This document shows positions 15,920 to 26,898 of a stretch of 64,000 nt of DNA, piece by piece. The stretch's first letter is position 1. Each line of letters begins with the position of its first letter. Made by a program: the position numbers and the translations under genes. The notes beneath the pieces are model-generated. The model did not search any database, was not told the origin of the DNA, and saw nothing but the letters and a program-made list of their open reading frames with translations. Origin of the DNA: Utricularia gibba (Eukaryota > Plantae > Magnoliophyta); the NCBI GenBank assembly GCA_002189035.1, contig NEEC01000002.1, positions 682,001 to 746,000 of the forward strand. The letters are read 5' to 3'.

Positions 15920-16989
15920 TTCAGTGAGGGAGAAGTAGTGGAAGCCGACCTAAATGCATTTTAGAGTCTGGTAAAGGCACAGTTCTCTCACAAATCACCT
16001 CAATAAAAACCACATCAACCACACAATTTGGTTGTTTGAAATGAATGTTTTTTCATTGCATGACAGACAGTAGAAGAACCAAAACTTGATATACAAAATC
16101 CAAACCTCTTGTTATTGATCCCTTTATCCTGAATAAGCCAGGAGAAGAACATTGCGAGAACAACATATGAGTAAACGAAGCCAATGAAGAGCTTCAGTCA
16201 GAAGCCTTACCTTTTGTTTTACAACAGTGGAGGATTGGTATTAGCATCTTTCTTCCTTCCCTACTCTCAACAGTGGGGAATTGGTATTTATTCTCTGGAG
16301 ACCCTCGTTTGAAAGAATGCCATCTTCAGTGTTTGAAGTGGCGGCCCTCGAATCGGATGCGAACCCCGTCAATGTCCCCGACGCCATCGCCGGCAACGCA
16401 AAACCTTGGCCAATCCCCGGAAAATGTAATCGGATACGATGAAAAGCGATCCCATAGGGCTACCTCGGCCCGTTTCTTAACGGGTATGAGCCTAGCCCAG
16501 TTAGTTTCCTTTGGGCTAGGCCCACCTCACTTCGAAAAATGAAATACATATTAATATATAGTCTCTGTTGGCGGCGCACTTCAGCCCATGACGCGTACTC
16601 ATCAATCCGTCAACTTGCAGGCTGAAGCTATTCCGATGGACGTATTTCTCCCCGGAGGAGTTGCTAGTTCAGAGGTATGGTGAGATTTGTTTCTGGGAAA
16701 ATTATCTGTTCCCAAATCTTGCCATGCATCAGTGAGAAGAGTTGCCCTTTCGCTGAAAAGACTGGTTGATTATTGATCATTACGGGGATAGAACGCTGGC
16801 TCTAATTCGATGCAAATTGATGTAATTACAATTTTCTTGCAATCTCTCTGGAGGTGTTGTTGACGAAGATCATCCCCTTGAATGGAACTTGTGGAAGTGA
16901 GTGAACGTGGGGATTGATTTACATGGAAGAATGATGTTTCCCAGATAGTTCCACATCTGAATACTATGAAGCAAATTAGATACATAGTT

Positions 16990-19165
16990 TTACAGCATGA
17001 ACTGGCCTAGGAAGCTTCGTCCAACTACTTTCACAATGGTGTTTATCTCAGTCAGGATGCTACTTGTCTTTTCATACCTTGTGCTATCTACTATCTTGAA
17101 CCATTGTCTTGTTGGATCGCATGCATTGTTGTTTTCCAAGCATGCGCAACTCTCTGTGATAATGATGTTGTTTGCGTCTGCAGCTAGGCATGCCATCGTC
17201 CCGTCGTCAAGGGTGGTGGATAAATGCATCTTAGAGCTGGAGATAGTTTCCCATCTTGTACCATTGTCGTTGCAAAGGATGGTCAGCTTTGCAGGCTCCC
17301 CCAACTTCTCTCCCTTTAAGCAGAAGTATGTCCCCGTGACAGTCAAGATATGCTGGGGACTATAGCCCCATGATTCAGCCTCTGAGCATGGGCGCAAAAC
17401 CAATGGTCCTAACCATGAGGTTTTTTTGACACAGAGGCCTGTTGATGGATGGAAAAGTACTTTATGTAGACGTCTCTCCTTGTATCCCGGTCCTGCAATA
17501 TCAAATGTAAGATGAGCTTGTGACTTAATGTGTTGAATTGCCAAAACAACATTCTCAGTTTTTTCAGGAAGATTCTATACCTCTGAATGGATATTGAAGA
17601 GCAGATAGCTTGTCTATTGTAGTCTGATTTCTGATCTGAGACCAATCCCAGCTATAAACACCGTAAGTTTCATCCTTCCCAATTGTCCCTTCTCTTATGT
17701 AGTAACTTCCTGGGAGTGTCCACAACGCCCAGTCCAAATCTTGCTCAGCTGCCCACCCCATGAAGCAGTTCAAGTACCTATTGTCATTTACATTGGTGCC
17801 TCTCATATCCACTCCAAACTCACTTATGAATAAAGGGTAACCCTGGTCTAACAAAAAGCCCCCTCTCCTCATTATGTCTCCCACCACCTGCCCGCAAATT
17901 TGGTTGGCATTACTGTTTTTCCAAGCCTGCCCATCTGAGAAGCCATACCAATGCAGCTCGAAGACCAGCTTATTTGGAAAGGTTAACTTGACTTGTTGGA
18001 TGCGAAGAAATGTGAAGTCTCTGTCGTAATTTAGACCAGACAAAATGACAAGAACATTCGGATTGGCTTTGTGAACAGCCTCGGCTCCTTTTTGCATGTA
18101 CCTGCTTCATGGGAACCTTGAGAATTCATTACCTTTCTGCATGGACTGAATGTATGAGAGTGTACCTGTACCAATCGATGAAGTTTTGCTTGGGACCACG
18201 AAGCTCATTCCTCAGGCTCATTGCAATGACACTTTTTGTGTCATTGAATGTGGTGGCCACTTTGGTTAGCCCCTGAATCCATAGGTTAGGATCGAAGTAA
18301 ACGTCCCCAAAAAATCCATTTCCATCGGAGCTGCTGCAGCACCAACCGGGCTTGCTTGTGTGGTTATCTAGAATGATCATCACATTCTTCCTTGCTAGAC
18401 TTGCCACCACTTCCTGATCACAATATTCATAGATAATTTGGTTAGTAGTTTCTTCAAGGCTTGACAACGTATTTGCTAGCGTTGAAATTGCAAGTGGTGG
18501 TTAGAATAGTGTAGCCACCTCTATGAAGGCCTAATTAATGTCTTCAGCCACAGGTTTCCTTATCATCATTTTATAATGAGATCAGTGACTATCTTACAGC
18601 CTTTAACATATGCTTCTTTATTGAATATCTTACAGGTTTTCTTCCTACTCCTCTTGAACAAGATGAATAAACAGTAGCAGCAAGAAAACAAGACAGGGAT
18701 CCCTTTTTTCTAGGCTCAAGATGAAGACTTGTGCTTCTCAGTTCTTTTGACTGTATGAAAATTGACAGGTAAGAACAGACTTACCTGGTAAGCATTGATG
18801 AGAGGAAGATCAATGATCGAGGGGTTGTTTGTCTGAAATCCCTCCAGGGCTTCATTCAGGCCAAGGTTTGTGAATGATTCTCTAACAGTAACAGATGCAA
18901 GCGTATCATTGGTAAAGAGGAAAAGTGGCCACGTCAGCCTAACACAGTTAAATCCCATGTCTCTGATCTGCTGTGAGATCTCGTCAACTGAGTGATAACT
19001 CAGGCCCTCAGCCACCACAGCATCAAGATGAGAAGGCCAGTTCACACATGCCAGCTTCACCCGTCGCCCCGATTCATCAATGATCCACCGTGATGACGTC
19101 AGCAACGGCTGTGCCGCTGCAAGACGGATGAGGATGCAAAACAAGATGGGTAATATCTTCACCAT
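16990..19165 (-). CDS. Secreted glycoside hydrolase family 5 (cellulase-like) with C-terminal ricin-B-like lectin domain, 4 exons
   Basis: Signal peptide MVKILPILFCILIRLAAA; GRRVKLACVNWPSHL; DNHTSKPGWCCS; catalytic-region motifs SLRNELRGP and PLFISEFG; C-terminal LFHPSTGLCV...QWF. Confidence 0.93.
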
Positions 19166-19773
19166 GGTTTGTCTTGAGATTTCGTTGAACTGGTTCTTAT
19201 AGGGAGAAAGTGGAAAGCCACGAGACTCTTTATCCAAAGGGTAGCTTTGCTTGTGGTGAAACCCATCTCTATCGAATAATCAGTAACACAAACAGCATAA
19301 ATTAATCCTGCAAAGAATCCATTAGAGTACCTTAAGTTGGTGAGGATGAAAGACTTGCAAGCCAATACTCGGAGAAAACGTCACGCAACGTTACCATTGG
19401 ACTTTGGGCAGTACCTGGTCACATTTACGCTTTTCTGCTTTCCCCGAAGCTACTACGACACGTGTTGTGCTAAGAAACGTTGTTTTTTCCCCCTTTAGTG
19501 GTGTGCACAGACCGGTCCTGAGCAAGCACTTCAACTCAAACCGGACTCAACCATTCACGTGCTGAAGCCACCATTAGCAAGTTCACTTTCCCTGATGCAC
19601 CGCATGCAATTATTGGGAGCAAGTCAAACTTGCTCATTCCTAACTGAGCGAGTCATATACCCCCATGAAGCAAAAAATCACAGTGAATTTACAAAAACTT
19701 GCCAAGAGAGCATTCAGAAAATCATGGACTTCTAATGCAAGCGAAGTCCAAGAACTGACCTAAGTCGCTCCAT

Positions 19774-21357
19774 TCAGAAAACTACTTTTGAGCTGACGGT
19801 ATTAGTCAAAATCTTGGACAAATGATGGTCAAGAGTGAATCCCTTCGTCATCATCTGCTCCCAGACTCCAAACGCCATAGAATGCTTGTCCGCTTTTATA
19901 AGACCTGAGATCATCACTTTGAAGGTGACTGCATCAGGGGAAACTTCCCTAGTTTGCATCTCCTCGAATAGTTGCAAGGCTTCACTAATTTTCAGAACTC
20001 TGCAATATCCATTTAGAAGTGCATTGTAAGATACAACATCAGGGCGAATCCCCTGCTCCATCATATCATGAAATATCGAATGGGCCATGATTGTTTGACC
20101 GTTCTTACAAAGAGAGTCAATAATGGTGGTATACAGTTCAAGGCTAGGTAGTATATTCATGCTTTCCATTTGGTTCAGGAGGTTCTTAGCGCCAACCGAG
20201 TGGCCTTCTTTAAGAAAAGCGTGAATCAGAGTATTAAATGTCACTGTATCAGGAGCAATTGCCTTCCTGTGCATATCTCCGAACAGCTTATAAGCTCTCT
20301 CACTCTTACCAGCTTTGCAAAGAGCACCAATAATGGTATTGTATGAAACAACATCCATGACCCCTCTATCCTCCATCTCATTAACAAGCAACATGTAGGC
20401 CTTGTCTACCCTATTAACTCGGCAGAGTCCTTTCAAAAGTGCATTATAGCTGTACTGATCAGGTTTTATTCCATTGGCCTCCATCTTCTCCATGAGTTTC
20501 TCGGCCTTATCCAGCATCAGGGCGTTACAGCAATGGTTCAAAAATGTGTTGTGAGTGGTCAAATCAGGCTCACAACCATTTCTTCCCATGAATTTCTTGA
20601 TTGCGAGTGCTTTATCAATCCTACCAAGTCGACAAAACCCATCTATCAGAGTATTATAAGTTAATGAATCAAAGTTCACCTTTTCTCTCATGTCACCAAC
20701 AGTAAGCTCGTAAGCCAAGTCAACTTCACCGATGCCACATAAACCAACAACAAGTGCTCTACATGCTTTACCATCTGGGATAATACCTTTATCTATCATC
20801 ATTTTCCACATTCTAACGGCATCATCATACCTTTTCACCCTGAATAACCCACTAATAATAATCGTATAGGAAACCACATCAACATCTCTACCCTTCGCTC
20901 TCATTAAACTAAGCACTTTCAGTGCATCATCCACGAAATTCTCACTACACAAAAGATTCATGTAAATATTACAAGCCCAGGTATCAGGAACCATCTCAAG
21001 CCTCTGAATATCCTTAAGAAGCCTAGATATAAGATCAAAGTTTCTAACTTCACACAGCCCCGAAATAAACCTTGAGTAAGTAAATGAACTTAAAGAATAC
21101 CCTCTTGCACTCATTGAACGGTAGTACAATTCTGACAAGTCAAAACGCTTGTGTTTTATCAACACACCCATAAAACGGTTGTAGTCCACGGAAAACATCC
21201 TGCACTCCGATTCAGACATAACGTCGAACACATGGATGGCCTGATCAATGAGCCCGGATTTCACACAAGCGGCAATGCAAGAACGATAAATAAGTCGTTG
21301 CTTGAGAAGAGCTCTTTTCATTTTCCAAAACCAATACTCCGGGAATGCATGGTGCAC
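19774..21357 (-). CDS. Intronless P-class pentatricopeptide repeat protein (527 aa), probably organellar
   Basis: Tandem 35-aa repeats (DVVSYTIIISGLFR, TYNTLIDGFCRLG, SYNALLKGLCRVN, PDVVSYNALLNGYCR). No E/DYW domain. Resembles recalled Arabidopsis At1g13040. Confidence 0.95.
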   Translation of the reverse strand: MHHAFPEYWFWKMKRALLKQRLIYRSCIAACVKSGLIDQAIHVFDVMSESECRMFSVDYNRFMGVLIKHKRFDLSELYYRSMSARGYSLSSFTYSRFISGLCEVRNFDLISRLLKDIQRLEMVPDTWACNIYMNLLCSENFVDDALKVLSLMRAKGRDVDVVSYTIIISGLFRVKRYDDAVRMWKMMIDKGIIPDGKACRALVVGLCGIGEVDLAYELTVGDMREKVNFDSLTYNTLIDGFCRLGRIDKALAIKKFMGRNGCEPDLTTHNTFLNHCCNALMLDKAEKLMEKMEANGIKPDQYSYNALLKGLCRVNRVDKAYMLLVNEMEDRGVMDVVSYNTIIGALCKAGKSERAYKLFGDMHRKAIAPDTVTFNTLIHAFLKEGHSVGAKNLLNQMESMNILPSLELYTTIIDSLCKNGQTIMAHSIFHDMMEQGIRPDVVSYNALLNGYCRVLKISEALQLFEEMQTREVSPDAVTFKVMISGLIKADKHSMAFGVWEQMMTKGFTLDHHLSKILTNTVSSKVVF

Positions 21358-22229
21358 TCAAAACGAACACCGGTCTCCCGGAGTCACAAAATTCAATCCC
21401 AGAATTACAAACAGACGGCATAAGCAGAGCAAGCCAGAATACTCAAGAATATCGAGAACTGGGCTGAGCCCATAATGTTATCCGATAATGGCCCTTTTGC
21501 ATGACCCATTAAACGCTAAGGGAATATTCGATTGATGAAGATTGATTTTGAAATTATTTTATTTAATAATTGTTTGTTAAAAAATTTAAATTAAACTCGA
21601 TAATTTAATTAAAATTTATTTTAAATAAATCTACAACTTTATACGTATGTTTATTAAAAATAGAAAAAAGAATATATTTTATGTTGAAATTATTACATAT
21701 ATTTTAAATTTATAATAATAAATTATATTTATCTTAAATAATACAATTATAATTTTAAATAAACTATCAAATAAACCCTAAAAATAAGTTTCTATCACAT
21801 AAATTTTGTATAAACTATTTTTTTCAAAATAAAAAACGTAAAATCGTAAAATTTGAATGTTCAAAACACAATTAAATCATTATTTTTAGTATCAAAACCA
21901 ACTCTTGGATTGTAACCGGATAATGATACAAACTTTAGTGAGAATGTTGAACTTCCAAAAGGGATGGAAGGACCCGATCTAAGAAAATGTGAAAATAACT
22001 TAGGCAAATACTATCAATTAACAACATGAATAATTTATATAAAATAATTTTTCCTAATTTTATATAATATTTTTTTAATAAAAAATAGAAAATATAAAAT
22101 CATGAAGATTAACCCCAAAACTAAACATCTTTTGATGACTCTTTATTTAAATGTTGATTTCGCACAAAACAGTAGCATAAACAGTAGAAAACCAGCAGCA
22201 GAAGATCAAAATCAACAGAGCTTTCAGTT

Positions 22230-24545
22230 TCAAGCGGCAGCACTGATGCACTCAATCGCCTGCTTGCAAATTCCAGTCATGGTTGCCTCGGGACCGTACA
22301 CCTTCATAATGAAGAAGACAAGAATCATCAAGAGATACAGATTTCAACCCCGGCTGAGAAACAAGTGTGGGTTTATTTACCTCAATTGGGATGCCGATTT
22401 CTTCTGCAAGGCTTCTCATTTTTGCAAGTCCCTTCTGGTAGTTGGGTCCTCCTCTTCTCACATACAAGTGCATTCTAGCAGCCTTGAGCTTGGATTCCTG
22501 GCTCACAGGGTATTAGATTATGAAAACTCGCTGGATTCGTTGCAAGAATGTGTTGTCACTGTACCTTTTCCTTCAGAGCACGGATGATGCCGTTGAATGT
22601 GGCAGCAACATCAGTGAAGTTAGCAATGCCGCCACCGATCACCAGGGCTCTCTTGCGCCCATCTGGATCTGCAGTTGCACACTGCGAAAACGCAATTCGC
22701 ATCACTCGGGCATCTATATCACATGGAAGCTGAATCCGAAGGTGAAGGATGTAATGCTCACATCAATCACAACACGGGCGTAGTGCAGGACCTCGTCTTC
22801 ATTGGGAGCTCCACTGTATTCTGCATAGTTTCCAAGCTCAGAGGCGTACCCCAGATCTCCTACCTACATGATGTATGATTTGTTAAGGGTGAAGTATCAT
22901 GGAGTTTGGGAATAAGTAAGAGAATTGAGATATGAAGAAGCTGAAGAACAGACTGTATCTGCATAGATGACACTTGCTCCACCTCCAGCAACCATGGTCC
23001 AGATCCGCCCTTTCGGGTTCAAGATGGTGAACTTCAGAGAAGCACTGGTCTGATACATAAGCAGCAAAGCGAACCATGTAAGGTTTGAATGCTAGATGAA
23101 ATAGAGTGAATGTCTATATGGACAGTACAGCACCTTTTCATCAAGTCCATGGATGAAGCTTTCTGCAGGGGACAAGACTCTTCCAAATGGCATGGGGAAT
23201 TCGATGTTCCCCCATCTGGATTCACAAGTTCATGTGGTTAGCAGACGAAAGCTTCAAAGCATACAAAAAAGAAGCATCATACTTCTTGAAGTTCTTGAAA
23301 GCAGCAGTGTCATCAAGCTCGCCTCGCATGTCCAATGGAAATGGCTTTCCATTGACCAAGGTGAATGGATTCATCTCAAGGAATGTGAAATCCAAATCTG
23401 GAAGAAACAAGTTGTGTAAGACAGAAATTGATTACAAAAGGCCACAAGTTTATACAAGATTTCAGGCATACCCAAAAATACAGCAAAGACAATTTTAATA
23501 AAATCCTCGATCACAGGCTTGATCTGTTACACATCAAAGAACTTGAGTCAGCAGCGCCAACACATTCTCAACCATAACTTGCAACATTGCAGATTCGTTA
23601 CTGATCCAAGATGGAAAAAAGGAGCATACTTACCTCCAAAGGCAGTGTTGCCACTAATGGAGCACAGACTTCTGATGTTAAGATGGCATTTGTAGGCACG
23701 AATATGGTTTTGACCTGAGTCAATTGAAATGGTAAGGCATAGAAGGGGCTCTACAAATATGTTTACATAACACAGGTGCAAAAAAAAACACAGTACCTTG
23801 TCCCAGTTCTCTTCAATTTCAATTCCTCCACATTCTGAGAAGCTGATACTGCAACCAAGTCTCTCAGAAACAATATTTAGATAAAACTCCTCATTGTGGG
23901 GAACAAATGGTTCGACAATGAATGTGGTAATAGGTCCTTTGCAGAGCCCCATCTCCACCTGTTGGTATAGAAACAAGCACAAGAAAAAGGAATACCAGTT
24001 AAAACTACATCTCAAGCAAGCAAAAGGATCTAGGCTGTATAAGAGTAGGTTTAGTGCAAGTATTAGAAAGAAGATAGCAGGGCAAGTGCCTCTTTGCCAA
24101 GTCGTTCCGCCACGAATGCAGAAACCCCAGCCAAATCAAGGTTCAATGCAACAAGACCACTTTTTCCACGTTTCCCAAACAGCATATCTGGTTTTACAAC
24201 GAGTCTTGTTGAGGACAGCCATGGCTCCTTGTCCACTAGTTTTTTAAGATCTGTGGACTCAGTAACCTACCATGAGAAAAATATGATCAGGAACTGATGT
24301 ATTAGTACATTTTCTACGAGTAGCCCATGAAGAAACATGGTTTCAACTTTCAAAAAGCGCCTTTTTTCTGACAGCGAAGTAACATATAACTCGATCACAA
24401 ACTCGAATTTCAGAATAATTGCTCTCCCAGGGAGTATGAAACTTACTTGAGCAGATTTGATTTCCAGTTCAGTCCCAGATAACCTCTTGAAATGCTCTTT
24501 CAGGAGTCTCTTGGAATCATACTCTCTGATCTTCTTCCTCGCCAT
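22230..24545 (-). CDS. ACLA: ATP-citrate lyase subunit A (alpha chain), cytosolic
   Basis: [22 protein letters not shown]; [18 protein letters not shown]; FIVEPFVPH; [19 protein letters not shown]; [13 protein letters not shown]; [23 protein letters not shown]. Confidence 0.97.
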
Positions 24546-25466
24546 TTCCTCAAGATCCTGAATTGCAGTAATCAATTCATACCAAAATTCAACTGCCCAG
24601 ATCCAAATGTTCCCAACAATCGACAGCAAAACAAAGATACCCAGTTGACTGAAAAAAACAATTGAATCAACACTCTTTCGAAAAGATCAGACCTTTGAAG
24701 ACGCAGCAAGAGATCCTGGTAATGAGACAGATCCCAACTGCTTATTCAACGAATGTGAACTCCTGGAGGCTTCTAAAGAACGAAATTTCAAATGAGTCAA
24801 AAATCTGGCAATTCAAAATCAACAAACAGGAGACATATCCATTCAACTAAGGCGTTTCGTTTGGCGTTTTTTAGAGTATAGTGGATGAGGTAATGGCCAC
24901 GCACGTCACCAACCGTCCAACCAGTCTATCTGTACCAACCTTTCTGGTGAGAAATGCAGATTAACCATTGACTGGTAGTGGCATGTGATCGGCTGTATAA
25001 TTTTTTCTACCTAAATTTACTGTCCTTGATAAACTTGAAAACTAGGAACCCAAAACCAAGAAAAGGAAAATCCAATTGCAGGGATACATCTTTTATATCG
25101 GGGATACAGCACACTACTTCACACTTCAGAGTAACGTAGTCGCGTGATGACTTACCTGTTTGGTACAGCGGGTAGAAAACGGATGCAATGTAGCAGAGGA
25201 AACTTCTGGATCTTGGTGCAATCCTTTATACTTCCATACAATTCACTGACATAAATGATGAATCTTGGGGCCAATTTGTAATTCTTTCCCGATTTTGTCG
25301 GTATTAGAAGCTTTCGAGGAACACCGTTTTCGCTTTCTTGGAACCGGAAGCGCTCCTCGATAAGCCAGATTCCGCCCGATTGAGGTTGGTCATAGTGTTG
25401 GCGGGTCTCGAGTATTGCGAGTTCTGTTTAGGGTTTTTCTTCCACGAATTAGAGTATTCCGATCGG

Positions 25467-26898
25467 ATGGATAAAGAGAAATTTGAGGAACTGAAGACCC
25501 ATTTGGCGAATTTCTTCAATGAAGCGAAGGAATATGTTCAGACTGTTCCTCTTCCGCAGCATTATGTAGCCGCCGGAGTACTTGTGTTCACTTTAATTAT
25601 TCTTCTTATCAAGTGAGCTTCGACTCTTCAAAGGCTTCGTTTTGCTTCCGTTGGATTGTGGTTTGTATAGAGTTTAGATGGTGGGCAGTGACATGGTTCT
25701 CTCTTGGTTTCCTCCACGAGAGTAATGTGGTTGCCTGTTCCTTTACAGTTCATGTCTTCAAGCGTAGGTCTTCTAATACTATTTTGCTGATGGAATTAGT
25801 GGAAGTGGAAAGACTACTCTGTTTTCCCAGGTCAGGATGAAAGATAGTATCCAGAATTTCATGAAATTGATTTTTATGCTTCTGATGATAAAAGGTGTTA
25901 ACTTTATTTCTTTAGTTTAGCTGCGAGATGGCTCATCTCATCAGCGTACTGTGACTTCTATGGAGCACAATGAAGGAACTTTTGTTCTGCACTCCGAGGC
26001 ATCTAAGGTAATTCACTTTTTTGCATGAACATGCGGATTGATACATTGTGGCGCCCGCTGTGACATAGAGGACAGCATTCAGGCATCGAATTTCATGTTG
26101 GTCTTTGCATACTTGCTGCTTTTATTTGACTGGCATGGTTAGATCATTTTGTTTGTTTGGTTTTTTTTTTTTTTAAGAAGGGCAAAATGAAGCCATTTCA
26201 CGTTGTTGACGTCCCTGGTCATCCACGACTTAGACCTCATCTGGATGACCCTGTGGCTCAAGTAGCCGGCATTGTTTTTGTGGTGGATGCTTTGGAGTTT
26301 TTACCAAATATTCGTAGAGCTTCAGAGTATGCTTCATGTTATGCATGTCCGTCCATGAATGGAGCTTTGTTCTCTGAATTGAATGACTGTATTTTTCTTA
26401 GATATCTTGACCAAGGGAATTGTAGTGAAGAATAAGATTCCAGTGCTTCTACTGTGTAACAAAATCGATAAAGTTACTGCACATTCAAAAGATTTCATCA
26501 GAAGGCAGCTGGAGAAGGAAATGTGAGATGCCATTACTTCCATTATCCCAGCATTCCTCGCAAGTTGAAAAGCAATGCCGCGCTATAGCTAGCTTGTTTT
26601 CTCTCTTTAGCTATTGCTTTTCTATTTATCTCATTCGTTATGCTGCTGCAACTCAATTTCTTGCCTTCATATATTCTTCCACTCAAGTGGTCACCTCTTG
26701 GTTTGTGTTATTGTTCAGAGACAAGCTGCGGGCATCAAGTACAGCGGATACTTCCAACGAATACACCCTTAGGATCCCGGAGAAGCTTTCACCTTTACTC
26801 AATGCCTCAACAGAGTAACAACCGCAGAGTCTTCTGGTTCAACAGGTGATGTTTCTCAGTTGGAGGAGTTTATTCGTACGCATGTCAGCACACTGTAA
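25467..26898 (+). pseudogene. SRPRB: Degenerate signal recognition particle receptor beta subunit (SRPRB) gene
   Basis: Recognisable TM anchor, FKRRSSNTILL, SGSGKTTLFSQ, DVPGHPRLR, IVFVVDALEFLP, LLCNKIDKVTAH and QLEEFIR. The exons cannot be joined in frame: exon1/2 phase clash (25612/25749), -1 at 25791-25793, loss of the YLYD start of exon 5 (26402) and -1 at 26776-26780. Confidence 0.72.
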
